The notes under the pieces were generated by a model. That model was not told the DNA's origin. It did no database searches and worked only from the letters and a program-made list of their open reading frames with translations. A DNA stretch of 37,196 bases from an uncultured bacterium (lineage in GTDB: Bacteria; Muiribacteriota; UBA6191; JACPRK01): positions 1-37,196 of the forward strand of contig CAZSVK010000002.1 in assembly GCA_964610245.1 (NCBI GenBank), in the 5' to 3' direction. Positions within the stretch are counted from its first letter, which is position 1. Every line of letters begins with the position of its first letter. Positions 1 through 10,306 of the stretch are shown piece by piece. The position numbers were made by a program, and so were the translations under genes.

Positions 1-2
1 TC

Positions 3-605
3 CCACCCGTCGATTCATCGTCCGTGTCTCTTGAATCCACCGGCATCTCTCCCGCGGACTGGAAGCTCGTGCACGCCACCACGCGCGATCCCCGGAACCG
101 CTACAGGCTCACCCTCGTCAAGCCGGAAGGAAACGGCCTGGCCTCCGCGGAACTGACGGGTCCGATCCTGCTCCACGACCCCCCGCAACTCATCCCCGGG
201 GGCGGGTTCCTGCTCCACGCGCTGGAAGCCGCGAAGGACGGAGACTGGAACGGAGTCGTGTTGCGCTTCGACGCCCGCGGAGCGCCGGCGGGCCGGCTCG
301 ACCTGGGCCGCCACGTGCGCATGTCGGCCTCGCGGCTCTCGCCGGATCGCCGCCATCTCGTCGCCCACCTGTGGCTCGGAAAGGGCAACTTCAATCGCTT
401 CATGCTGCTCGACGTCGAGAAGATGACCCTGGCGCCGCTGCGGGGGGGCGCCGGCCTTCCCGGGCCCCGGGCCGAGTTGTTCCGCAAGCTCGACGAGTGG
501 CTCTTCTGGCTCGACGACCGCCGGCTCCTGCACGTGACCGATCGCACGGTCTCGCTCGTGGAGCTGGACGGCACCTCTCCCCCCAGGCAACTGGCCGTCT
601 TCTAG
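3..605 (+). CDS. 3' part of a gene truncated by the window edge. Its C-terminal domain is paralogous to the C-terminus of the next gene (ABC-2-type permease with a large extracytoplasmic domain).
   Basis: The frame is open from base 3 (no stop upstream of the listed GTG at 24) to TAG 603-605. Codons are GC3-rich. The tail KLDEWLFWLDDRRLLHVTDRTVSLVELDG aligns by eye with EQWIEWVQWLDDDTALAGTPYLGLWRLDC at the end of 675..2981. Confidence 0.6.
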   Translation, partial: PPVDSSSVSLESTGISPADWKLVHATTRDPRNRYRLTLVKPEGNGLASAELTGPILLHDPPQLIPGGGFLLHALEAAKDGDWNGVVLRFDARGAPAGRLDLGRHVRMSASRLSPDRRHLVAHLWLGKGNFNRFMLLDVEKMTLAPLRGGAGLPGPRAELFRKLDEWLFWLDDRRLLHVTDRTVSLVELDGTSPPRQLAVF

Positions 606-674
606 TAACTCTCGCATTACTACCACCGGTCTACCGTCTACAGCCTACAGCCTGAAGCCCTAGGAGGCACTGTC

Positions 675-2981
675 ATGTTCTCGATGCTCTGGAAAGAATG
701 GCGTGAGAACCGGGCCATGTTGCTGGCCGTGCTGGTGGCCGTGCTGGCGCTGCTGCCGGCGCTGAGGGCGCTCGACATCATCCAGGACTTCAGCGACGAC
801 TATCTGGTGAGCCAGATCGTCATCGTGGTGCTCTCGGCCTGCATCGGGGCCAGCCTGGTCGGCTCCGAGGTCAGCCGCGGCACCCTCGATCTGCTCTGGA
901 CGCGGCCGGTCGCGCGGTGGCGCCTCTGGGCGGCCAAGGCCTGCTTCGGCCTCGTCGCCTGTCTGGCCATATGCCTGGCGCTCGGTCTCACCGTGCAGCA
1001 GGTCGAGCAGGGGGCCCAGCGATATCGCTTCACCCACTTCCTCGTCTGGCCCTACGAGGCGACGCTGGCGCTCACCTCGGGGCTGTTCTTCTCGGCCGTG
1101 GTGCACAGCCCGCTCACCGCTGGGCTGCTCGGGTTCGCCGTGGCCTTCCCCGTGGCGGCCGGCATGTTCGTGCTGCCGGTGCGCATCCCGCTCTTCTGGC
1201 CGGTGAGCGTGTGCGCGTTTCTGCTGGCCTCGGCGGTCACCTTTCACGCCGCCCTGGAGCAGAGCGCACGGCGGCGTTTCAAGTTCGCGCTGGCCGGCGC
1301 CGCCGCCGGGTTCTTGCTCTTCCCGGTGACCTACGGCGCCGGCAGGCTCGCGGCCGATGCGATGGGTCCCAGGCGTTTCGAGCGGATCGAGGAGTGCGCT
1401 CGCGTGCCGGGCAGCGATCGGCTGGTCATCGAGGCGCGAGTCGCGCCGTCGCTGTTCGAGCCGATGCGCTCGCCCGGCTCCTCTCCCTGGCAGGACGACG
1501 ACGAAGCCAGGCTGGCGGTCATGGATCCGAAGACCGGCGCTCTCTCCTGGCTCGCTTCGCGCGCCGTCAAGAGCTGGTCGGTCGACGAACTGACCGGAAT
1601 GCTGGCGGGCATCTCGACCTCGGTCTTGCCGATGAGCGACAGCTACCTCTGGGTCTGCTCGCCCACGGTCTCCAACCCCGCGGAGCGGCTCTTCTCGCAC
1701 CCCTTCTTCCCTCCGTGGCCCTCCTATCGCCATGACTGGTGGTCGATCGGCATGTACAGCCAGCGCGAGGCCCTTCGCGAACTGCTGCACCTGGCAGAGG
1801 GCGCCGGCGTCGCCGCGGCCCCCCCCGCGGGGAAACTCGGACGGCTGTTCCTGGCGGGCAACCACACCTCCGCCATCCGGAACCCCGACGGCGCCGGCAT
1901 GCTCTTCCAGTTCGACTCGCCCAACGACGCCGGCTTCGAACCCCGCATGCGCGGCCGGTGGCGGCTCGACCCCGAGCGCGCGACCGTCGCGCCGGCGCGC
2001 CCGCTCGACGACAAGGGCAATCCGCTCCCCGGTGCCCGGTTCGTTGAGAACAGTCTCTTCGCCGGGGCTCCGTACGACCTGTTGGTCCTGTCCGACGGGC
2101 AGTTCGGCCTCTGCCGGCTCGACGGTTCCAGCGTCGTCCGTCTCGACGGTGCCGGACTCGACGCATCCGAACGGCCTCTTGCCTCGCATTTGAAGGCGAC
2201 CTGGTCGCCGGATTGCCGCGAGGCGGTGCTCCAGCTCGCCGTCAAGGAGTTGCCCGACCATGTCGGAACGAGCTTCTGGCACGTCGATCGCGCCGCCCGG
2301 CGCTGCGTCCGCCTCGGCACGTCGGGCCTGCGCTTCACCGACTCGCTCCGGGCCATTCCGATGCCCGGCGGGGCCTATCTGGTGCCGAAGGAGACCGGCT
2401 CTTCCGAACGCACCGTGCTCTGGGCCGAGGCCGGCCCGACCGCCGCGGTCAAGGCGTTCGAGACGACCGGCCGGCTGTTCCTCCGCGCGCTCGACGCCGG
2501 CAACGTGGCTCATCCCTTCATGCTCGAGTGGCTGCCGAGAACGGGGCCGTTCGACCCGGACTGCCATGTCGACCGCACCGTTCCGACGGGCGGTCTGACC
2601 GGCCCCCGGCTGGGCATGTTTCACGAGGTCACGCCCAGCGGCGCCTGGCACCTGCTGGTCCTGAGGAGCCCGCGCGCAGGCGGTATCTCGGTGCTGCAGC
2701 TCGACCGGATGGGCTCCTACGATGTCCCGGCCGTGATGATGCGTGGCCGCAAGGCGCTGGTGCGGCAGGCGCTCGCGCCGGTCTTCCTGGTCGACGCGGA
2801 CCACGCCCGCCCGGAGCCCGTGGAGTTCGACCCCACCGAGCAGTGGATCGAGTGGGTCCAGTGGCTCGACGACGACACGGCGCTGGCTGGCACTCCGTAC
2901 CTGGGCTTGTGGCGGCTCGACTGCCGGTCGATGACCACTCGTCAGATCCTCGCCACCACGCGGGACTCGAACGACGACTGA
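675..2981 (+). CDS. ABC-2-type transporter permease-like membrane domain fused to a ~530-aa extracytoplasmic domain of unknown function
   Basis: ATG 675 is preceded by AGGAGG (662-667, 7-nt spacer). The N-terminus MFSMLWKEWRENRAMLL plus several hydrophobic helices in the first ~230 aa is the usual look of ABC-2 (NosY/YhaP-like) permeases. The rest is soluble with no motif I can name. The 801-aa antisense ORF 660..3065 is an R/G/P-rich shadow. Confidence 0.75.
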   Translation: MFSMLWKEWRENRAMLLAVLVAVLALLPALRALDIIQDFSDDYLVSQIVIVVLSACIGASLVGSEVSRGTLDLLWTRPVARWRLWAAKACFGLVACLAICLALGLTVQQVEQGAQRYRFTHFLVWPYEATLALTSGLFFSAVVHSPLTAGLLGFAVAFPVAAGMFVLPVRIPLFWPVSVCAFLLASAVTFHAALEQSARRRFKFALAGAAAGFLLFPVTYGAGRLAADAMGPRRFERIEECARVPGSDRLVIEARVAPSLFEPMRSPGSSPWQDDDEARLAVMDPKTGALSWLASRAVKSWSVDELTGMLAGISTSVLPMSDSYLWVCSPTVSNPAERLFSHPFFPPWPSYRHDWWSIGMYSQREALRELLHLAEGAGVAAAPPAGKLGRLFLAGNHTSAIRNPDGAGMLFQFDSPNDAGFEPRMRGRWRLDPERATVAPARPLDDKGNPLPGARFVENSLFAGAPYDLLVLSDGQFGLCRLDGSSVVRLDGAGLDASERPLASHLKATWSPDCREAVLQLAVKELPDHVGTSFWHVDRAARRCVRLGTSGLRFTDSLRAIPMPGGAYLVPKETGSSERTVLWAEAGPTAAVKAFETTGRLFLRALDAGNVAHPFMLEWLPRTGPFDPDCHVDRTVPTGGLTGPRLGMFHEVTPSGAWHLLVLRSPRAGGISVLQLDRMGSYDVPAVMMRGRKALVRQALAPVFLVDADHARPEPVEFDPTEQWIEWVQWLDDDTALAGTPYLGLWRLDCRSMTTRQILATTRDSNDD

Positions 2982-2985
2982 ACCG

Positions 2986-3003
2986 CGCCGGGGCCGGCCG
3001 GCG
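2986..3003. terminator. GC hairpin between convergent gene ends (possible bidirectional terminator)
   Basis: CGCCGG-GGCCGG-CCGGCG palindrome in the 44-bp gap between stops at 2981 (+) and 3026 (-). There is no U tract. Confidence 0.25.
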
Positions 3004-3025
3004 AGCGAGGCGGAGAGTGCCCGGC

Positions 3026-4735
3026 TCACCGACGAGAGCGCAACCGGTCGGCTCGTGCGAACCACGCGACATAGGGCGGCGCGAGATGTCGCGTCCGCTC
3101 GTCATCGACGAAGTGGCCGGGACCGTCGATCACCGGTCGCTCGCCTTCCAGCAGCAACACGATCCGTTCCTCCGGCAATAGCCACCATCGAAAGTCGACC
3201 CGGCCGAAGAGCGACGGCGTCATCCGGACGCCCTGCCGGTCGGAGCGGATCAGAAGACAGTAGCGCAGGTAGTCCAGGCCTCCGCTGGCGGAGGCATAGA
3301 CGCGCTCGATGCGATAGCCTGAACTCGCCAGCGTTTGCCAGTGAGCGCAAAGTTGCTCGTACACGAGCAGGTACCAGCGTGGCCGATGATGCGCGTCCAG
3401 CAGGAAGGGGCCGCGGGATGGGCCTGGCATGACCAGGCCTCCCAGATCGAAGAAGGGGCCGGTCCAGAAGTAGGCCATTCTCCCGGCCTGATCGCAGGCC
3501 AGCTCGCCGCGGGTGTCGACCGATCCGGAGAGATGGGTGGAGACTTCGCCATCGAACGAGTAGTTCGCGTAGTGGCCGTCCCCGAGCGAGAGGCGATCTG
3601 CGAAGCGCTGCAGCGATAGCTCGAATCCCGCGACCCCCTGCCGGGCCGAGACCAGGAGCGGATTGAACTCCAGAGTGCAGTGGTCGTCGGGTCCGGGCAG
3701 AACCTGCAGGTTCCCGGCGAGAACGAGAGCAAGCGTCGCACCGGCCACCACCCTCGTGCGGCCCGTCGTTGCCAACCGCAGATAGGCTTGCTGCGCCAGC
3801 AGCGCGATGAGACCGGCCACCGGCATGACGAAACGATAGAAGCAGATGTAGCCCGCATCCCCGCCGACCAACGCCACGAGCGTGAACTGGATCGTCACCA
3901 CGAGTGACATCCGGATCGCACTCCGCGAGCGCGCGATGCGCTCCAGACCTGCCAGTCCTATCAGAAACGGTAGGTTCCAGAAGAGCGCCGCCGCGACGTA
4001 CTGCAGCCCCGGCAGCAGACGCGCCAGTAGCTCTCCCCGCTGGTTCAGCAGCCGGCCATAGTAGATGTAGGGGACCACGCTTCCGAAGTAGCTCCATCGC
4101 ACGGCGAGGTACAGGAGCGTCAGGCTCAGATACGGCCACCACCAGTAGCTGAGCGAACGGGCGACGGTCCGGGCGCCCCCGGAGAGTACCCGGATGCATG
4201 AAAGCCCCAAGAAGAGAAACCAGCCATCGGCGCGGGCCAGGGTCAGGAGCCAGCAGACTCCGGCGGTCATCGCCAGACGGCCCGGGCTGGGGTGCGGCGA
4301 TTCGGCTACCCACAGGCAGGCCGCCAGGAGGGTCAGAAAGGAACAGAGCGGGGTTTCCAGGCCAGTCGTGATGGAGCGGGCGAAGGAGATGTTGGTTGCC
4401 AGCAGCAGGACAGGGAGCCACGCCCCGGCACCGGCACGGCAGGCCATCCAGCCGACCAGCGCGAGCTGCAGGACCCCGAACATGAAGGCCAAGGCGAGAG
4501 ATACCTGGGCCATGTCCGGCCACGCCCTGAAACCCGCTGCCAGCAGAAGCAGCCAGAGGGTGTTCGAGAACCCTTCCACGGGAGGCTCTTCGGCGTTGAA
4601 GCGTAGGCCGTGACCGGTGGCGAGGTTCCTGGCGAAGCGAAACCCGATGAAGGCGTCCTCCTCCAGCAGAGAGTCCGAGACTGCGATCTGCAGGCCCAGC
4701 AGTGCACAGCCCAGCAAGAGCGTCGCGACAAACAC
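3026..4735 (-). CDS. GT-C-fold-like integral membrane glycosyltransferase (ArnT / arabinofuranosyltransferase-like) with a soluble C-terminal domain
   Basis: Many hydrophobic helices. The first-loop motif LLEEDAFIGFRFARNLATGHGLRFNAEEPPVEGFSNTLWLLLLA resembles the D-A-x-I-x-F-R-x-A-x-N ... F-N ... E-G-x-S/T-N-x-L-W signature of GT-C membrane glycosyltransferases. The start is uncertain. The listed ATG 5020 adds ~95 R-rich, non-coding-looking residues. The first plausible in-frame start is GTG 4735. See the frame-break finding. Confidence 0.65.
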   Translation of the reverse strand: MFVATLLLGCALLGLQIAVSDSLLEEDAFIGFRFARNLATGHGLRFNAEEPPVEGFSNTLWLLLLAAGFRAWPDMAQVSLALAFMFGVLQLALVGWMACRAGAGAWLPVLLLATNISFARSITTGLETPLCSFLTLLAACLWVAESPHPSPGRLAMTAGVCWLLTLARADGWFLFLGLSCIRVLSGGARTVARSLSYWWWPYLSLTLLYLAVRWSYFGSVVPYIYYGRLLNQRGELLARLLPGLQYVAAALFWNLPFLIGLAGLERIARSRSAIRMSLVVTIQFTLVALVGGDAGYICFYRFVMPVAGLIALLAQQAYLRLATTGRTRVVAGATLALVLAGNLQVLPGPDDHCTLEFNPLLVSARQGVAGFELSLQRFADRLSLGDGHYANYSFDGEVSTHLSGSVDTRGELACDQAGRMAYFWTGPFFDLGGLVMPGPSRGPFLLDAHHRPRWYLLVYEQLCAHWQTLASSGYRIERVYASASGGLDYLRYCLLIRSDRQGVRMTPSLFGRVDFRWWLLPEERIVLLLEGERPVIDGPGHFVDDERTRHLAPPYVAWFARADRLRSRR

Positions 4736-5604
4736 CAGGGGCCTCGGACGTCGAAGCGCTTCCCCGACCTTCGGGCGTCTCTGAGTTCGCTGGCGGCCAG
4801 AAACCCGGTGGAGCGATTGAACGTCAGTCCCATCGAGGGATCGACCAGGAACCACGCCCTCTGGCTCTCGTGCCATAGCTCGAGACCAGCCCAGGCGCGG
4901 GCCCAAGGAGTTCGTCCCTCCCCGAATTTCACGAGCCGGCAGTCGAGCCCCGATTCGACCAGGAGCTGCACCGCAAGGCAGGCGACGGACAAGCTGTCTA
5001 CAGGTTCGTGCCTCGCCCACCTGGCGAAGACGGCCTCGGGGGAGAGCGGGGCTTCCCGGATCGGGCCTGGCTCGCCTCCCTCGAACGAGGGCTCACTTCC
5101 CATCAGCGATCGCAACCCGTGGCAGACGATCTTCGCGGCCTCGATGGAGCCACACGCTGCCCGGGTCTCGCAGGCCAACTGCAGAAGCCGCGCGTTCCCT
5201 CGAATGGAGGCCTCGGCCGGATGGGCCTGACGGATCGCGTGCGGGTACGACGGCGGCAGTTCCATCTGCCTTGCCGGCACTCGCACGCACTCCGGCAGCA
5301 GGACCATGCAGAGCAGCCAACCGCTCCCGGTGACGAGCGTGGCCACCAGGGCGAGCTTGCAGAGCCGGTCGATGGAGCGGCACCCAGCAGGGAGGCGTCG
5401 TCCAGCCGGCGCTTTCACCGGCCCCGGCGCATCGGGGGGTAGAGAGGACGGGCGCTGTTCAACCGGGCCTCTGGCCGGGCCCTTGCGTGGAGAAACGGCC
5501 GAGTTGCCGGGCGAGGTCCGGGAACGGGCCCGCGAGGCGAGGTTTCCAGCTCCCGCGGGAGCCCGACGTGTGCGCTTCACGGCGTCACTTCGGCTTGGTG
5601 ACAC
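4333..5604 (-). CDS. Membrane-anchored protein with a weak transglutaminase-like core. The frame appears broken or fused into the downstream glycosyltransferase near 4735-4765.
   Basis: Only codons ~1-290 (5604 down to ~4735) look like protein. They include the TM helix LCKLALVATLVTGSGWLLCMVLL, then SVACLAVQLLVESGLDCRLV ... RAWAGLELWHESQRAWFLVDPSMG, which is Cys ... Asp-Pro spacing like a transglutaminase core but with Arg where His is expected. From ~4735 to the stop at 4333 the translation is W/C/R/S-rich and overlaps the clearly coding glycosyltransferase frame. Confidence 0.4.
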   Translation of the reverse strand: MSPSRSDAVKRTRRAPAGAGNLASRARSRTSPGNSAVSPRKGPARGPVEQRPSSLPPDAPGPVKAPAGRRLPAGCRSIDRLCKLALVATLVTGSGWLLCMVLLPECVRVPARQMELPPSYPHAIRQAHPAEASIRGNARLLQLACETRAACGSIEAAKIVCHGLRSLMGSEPSFEGGEPGPIREAPLSPEAVFARWARHEPVDSLSVACLAVQLLVESGLDCRLVKFGEGRTPWARAWAGLELWHESQRAWFLVDPSMGLTFNRSTGFLAASELRDARRSGKRFDVRGPWCLSRRSCWAVHCWACRSQSRTLCWRRTPSSGFASPGTSPPVTAYASTPKSLPWKGSRTPSGCFCWQRVSGRGRTWPRYLSPWPSCSGSCSSRWSAGWPAVPVPGRGSLSCCWQPTSPSPAPSRLAWKPRSVPF

Positions 5605-8554
5605 CGCCGAACTGGCGTTCGAGGTAGCCGGGGCGCGCCCCTTGCCACCACGCGGCGAGCTTCTCCTGGGCGCGCCGGCACTCCTCGGGCGAGGCGGTGG
5701 GTGGCAGTCCGAGGTTCAGACCAGCTACGGTGGCCACTTGCAGCGCATAGCTTCGCCCCACGCCGGGGTCCGCGGAGTGCTCGAGCATCGCGTCGATCGC
5801 CTCGGGATACGGATTGGAACGGAGATTGACGAGCCACTCCCACTCCAGTCTCCACTTGCAGGCCGCCAGCCACGCCGAGAGGGTTTCGACCCGCCGACAG
5901 GTCATGGGATGGCCGGCCAGCTCAGGCGTTTGCAGCATCAAGTGATCCCGCTCCAGGAGGGACGATGGGTGCCGTTCCTGCGCCTTGCGCAGGTACGCCA
6001 GACCTGTCTCCGAGTCGCCTGCCCAGAGAAACGTGCGCCCGAGATCGCGCAACAGGCTGTTCTGCTCGGTGGCCCGGCCTTCCAGTTCAGCGGCATGAGC
6101 CAGCGCCTGCTGCGTGTTCTTGGCCTCGAGGAGGGCCCGGACCGCGAGATAGCCGCCCCTCACGCTGCGGTACCGTTCGTCACCGCGAGCGAAGGACGCG
6201 AGCCCCTCCGGGACCTTTCCCTGCAGGATCGACAGACGCCCGAGAACCTGGGTGGTGTCGGCCTTCCACTCGTCGATCTCGGCCGACTGCCGGACCAGCC
6301 TGGCCGCCTTGTCGAGCTGCCCGACGGTCATGTACTCGTTGGCAAGCGCGTTCAACTGAGCGGCAACGAGCAAATCATCTTCCCGTGGCGTGCGGCGCGC
6401 CAGCTCGGTCAACGTCTGTTCCGCCGCGGCGAAGTCGCGGCCCTCAATCTGCAGACGGCAGAGTTGCTGCACCGCGTGGCAATCGCTCGGGAATCGCTCG
6501 GCCGAACGGCGGTAGCACGCGGCCTCCGCCATCGGCGACAACCAGGCGCGATGGAGCTTGGCCTCGGCGACGGCCACCGTCTGCGAGTCGGGTAGCCGCT
6601 CGCGGGCCCGCGCCAGCTCGGGTTCGAGTTCGGCCCAGCTTGGCGCGGCGTGGCCTATCACGCTCAGCAGATCGGTCCAGACCGACGGGCTCCACGGATC
6701 CACATCCAGCTCGAAGCGCAGGGCGTCGAGGGCGCCATCCAGCCCGAGAAGAAGCGGTGGATGATTGGCGAACCGCTGGTAGACCAGCATATCCACGGCG
6801 TTACCGAGTTCCCAACCGGTGTGCAGGTCCGACACCTTGCGCGCACCGTGGCACAGATGGGCATCGAAGTCGGCCTGCTGCGCGAACGGATTGAGAGGCT
6901 CTTCCTGCAGCCAATCCTCGACCATCTTCACCCAGGCGGGCCCCGGAGACTGTCTGGCCTCGTTCTCCAGCGCGGACTTGAAGGCCGACGCCCGGGGCAG
7001 GCTCTTCTCGACCGCCTGCCGCATGGCATCCGCTTCCTGATCCACCCCCCAGCGCCACCGGGCGATGCAGTAGTACTCGGAGGCAGGCAAGGCCACAAGC
7101 TCCGAACGCAGCTCGAGTTCGTCGAGCTTCCGGGGACGCGCGACCGCCGCCTCGCAGGCCTGCGAACGAGGGAACTGGCCGTGCTCGCTCGCGAGGCGAC
7201 GTCCGGCCTCCGTCACCATGGCCGCCAGGGAGCCGTTCGGACCCGTCAGCATCGCCAGAAAGCTCGCCGCCCCCTGCGCGGCTCCCGCGGGCGGGCAGGC
7301 CGACGTGAGCCACTCGGTGCTGTACTGGCGTCCGAGTCCGACCCCGAGCCAGCGAGCGGTGCCCGCAACCAGGAAGGCCAGGGGCACTCCCCGCGCCCTG
7401 AGGTCGGCGACCATCGGTCCCATGGAAGGTGGGTCCATCGCCCGATCGACAGCCAACCAGTGTACGAACTCCGAGCCCGGCACTCTCGGGAGCTTGTCCG
7501 GGGCGCTGCGGCAGGCTTCGGCAAGCCAGCGGGCTCGAGGGAGGTCCCGGGCAAGCCACGGCTCCAGGAGCTTCATCGAAATGGAGGTGTGGCGCGCCGC
7601 GAGGCTGGCCAGGGCCCGGCTCAGGTCGACCGAGGACGACTCCACGTCGGTCAACCTCGCCAGCTCTCCCAGCGCCGCTCCTCGCACCAGCAGGCGTGGG
7701 CCTTGGGCCGCGTGGCCGCTGGTGAGAAGGTAGCCGAGGCGCGTGGACTCGGTGGCGGGCGTGGGCCACGCGCTGGGCAGCGCGGGGTTCCCGTCGGGCA
7801 GGGCTCCGTGCGAGAGCAGGTTCTCGAGAAGTGCGAGCGGCTCGGGCGGTACCAGCCGAAGCTCGTCGGCCCCGGGTGCCTGGACCGGACGCTTTGCGCC
7901 GAGTGCCAGAAGACCCTCGCGCCCCAGCTGCCACAGCGCGAGGGCAGCGCCGGCCGAGTCGCTCGCATCCCACTCGGCCGTGCCCAGAGTCCTCGAACCG
8001 GCTCGCGCGTCCGTCCCCTCGACCAGCAGCAAGCGCGCTCGGACCCGGTGGCCGTCCGCGGTTTCGACCGTGGGCAGCAGCCACCGGGAGGCCCCGAGCA
8101 GACCGCGCAATCTCGCCAGCTCACCCGGATCGGGCAGGCTGCCGTTCGCCGGCAGCGGTTGCGCCGCGGGCAGGGCCGCCTCGACGACCGCGGGGTCGAG
8201 GCAGCGGATCGCGGCCAACCGTGCCGCCCCCAGGGCAATCTGGTCCTGGAACACGCGCCACACGAAGCCGTCGAGCCCGACGCCGCGAGGATAGAGGGCC
8301 GGGTAGACGGCGGCCGCGTCCGTGCCGGAAGCCGGCTTCAACGGGCCGGGTTCGCCGCGCGCCTGCTGTGGCGGTCCGCGATGCTCTCGTGGGACCGACT
8401 CGCGCAGACCCCCGAGCGGGTCCACCGGGATGAGCCCCAGCCGGCTTCGGGCAATCTCGAGCAGCAGCGGGTGATACCAGAACACGACGCAGCCTGTGAC
8501 GAGCGCAATGAACAGCAAGCGTGACCAGGTCAGCTTCCGTGCCGGACTCCCCAT
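5585..8554 (-). CDS. N-terminally anchored 989-aa protein with C-terminal TPR-like helical repeats, function unknown
   Basis: ATG 8554 is preceded by GAGGGAGGG on the minus strand. TM helix WSRLLFIALVTGCVVFWY. The C-terminal third has TPR-like repeats (e.g. LANEYMTVGQLDKAARLVRQSAEID, GRTFLWAGDSETGLAYLRKAQERHP). The antisense ORF 6650..8524 is R-rich shadow. Confidence 0.7.
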   Translation of the reverse strand: MGSPARKLTWSRLLFIALVTGCVVFWYHPLLLEIARSRLGLIPVDPLGGLRESVPREHRGPPQQARGEPGPLKPASGTDAAAVYPALYPRGVGLDGFVWRVFQDQIALGAARLAAIRCLDPAVVEAALPAAQPLPANGSLPDPGELARLRGLLGASRWLLPTVETADGHRVRARLLLVEGTDARAGSRTLGTAEWDASDSAGAALALWQLGREGLLALGAKRPVQAPGADELRLVPPEPLALLENLLSHGALPDGNPALPSAWPTPATESTRLGYLLTSGHAAQGPRLLVRGAALGELARLTDVESSSVDLSRALASLAARHTSISMKLLEPWLARDLPRARWLAEACRSAPDKLPRVPGSEFVHWLAVDRAMDPPSMGPMVADLRARGVPLAFLVAGTARWLGVGLGRQYSTEWLTSACPPAGAAQGAASFLAMLTGPNGSLAAMVTEAGRRLASEHGQFPRSQACEAAVARPRKLDELELRSELVALPASEYYCIARWRWGVDQEADAMRQAVEKSLPRASAFKSALENEARQSPGPAWVKMVEDWLQEEPLNPFAQQADFDAHLCHGARKVSDLHTGWELGNAVDMLVYQRFANHPPLLLGLDGALDALRFELDVDPWSPSVWTDLLSVIGHAAPSWAELEPELARARERLPDSQTVAVAEAKLHRAWLSPMAEAACYRRSAERFPSDCHAVQQLCRLQIEGRDFAAAEQTLTELARRTPREDDLLVAAQLNALANEYMTVGQLDKAARLVRQSAEIDEWKADTTQVLGRLSILQGKVPEGLASFARGDERYRSVRGGYLAVRALLEAKNTQQALAHAAELEGRATEQNSLLRDLGRTFLWAGDSETGLAYLRKAQERHPSSLLERDHLMLQTPELAGHPMTCRRVETLSAWLAACKWRLEWEWLVNLRSNPYPEAIDAMLEHSADPGVGRSYALQVATVAGLNLGLPPTASPEECRRAQEKLAAWWQGARPGYLERQFGGVTKPK

Positions 8555-8675
8555 GACGGCCCTCCCTCACCAGCTTCCCACGACGGCAGTCGTCTTCCGA
8601 ATCCACCCCAACCTTACCCTACCGCCGGAGGCACGGCAAGGTGCCCTCTGGTGGTGGTGGAAACAGTGAGCCGCC

Positions 8676-10295
<1,620 letters not shown>

Positions 10296-10306
10296 CGCTG
10301 CCACGG

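Noticed and set aside
631-658. Short 7-nt tandem CTACCGT-CTACAGC-CTACAGC-CTGAAGC in the intergenic spacer
   Set aside because: There are only four imperfect units, in a 69-bp spacer. I noted it under the paralogue finding, but it is too small to interpret alone.
660-3065. 801-aa minus-strand ORF covering the whole ABC-2 permease gene
   Set aside because: The translation is R/G/A/P-rich and low-complexity with no TM or domain logic. It is exactly antisense to a + ORF that has an AGGAGG RBS and a recognisable permease N-terminus. This is a typical GC-driven shadow frame.
3026-5020. Full 664-aa version of the glycosyltransferase ORF from ATG 5020
   Set aside because: The first ~95 residues are R/G-rich, and they overlap the region where the other frame is clearly protein-like. 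I kept GTG 4735 as the minimal start and flagged the frame break.
6650-8524. 624-aa plus-strand ORF, and several 300-430-aa ORFs overlapping 5585..8554
   Set aside because: These are shadow frames of the TPR protein gene. None has an RBS or a recognisable motif.
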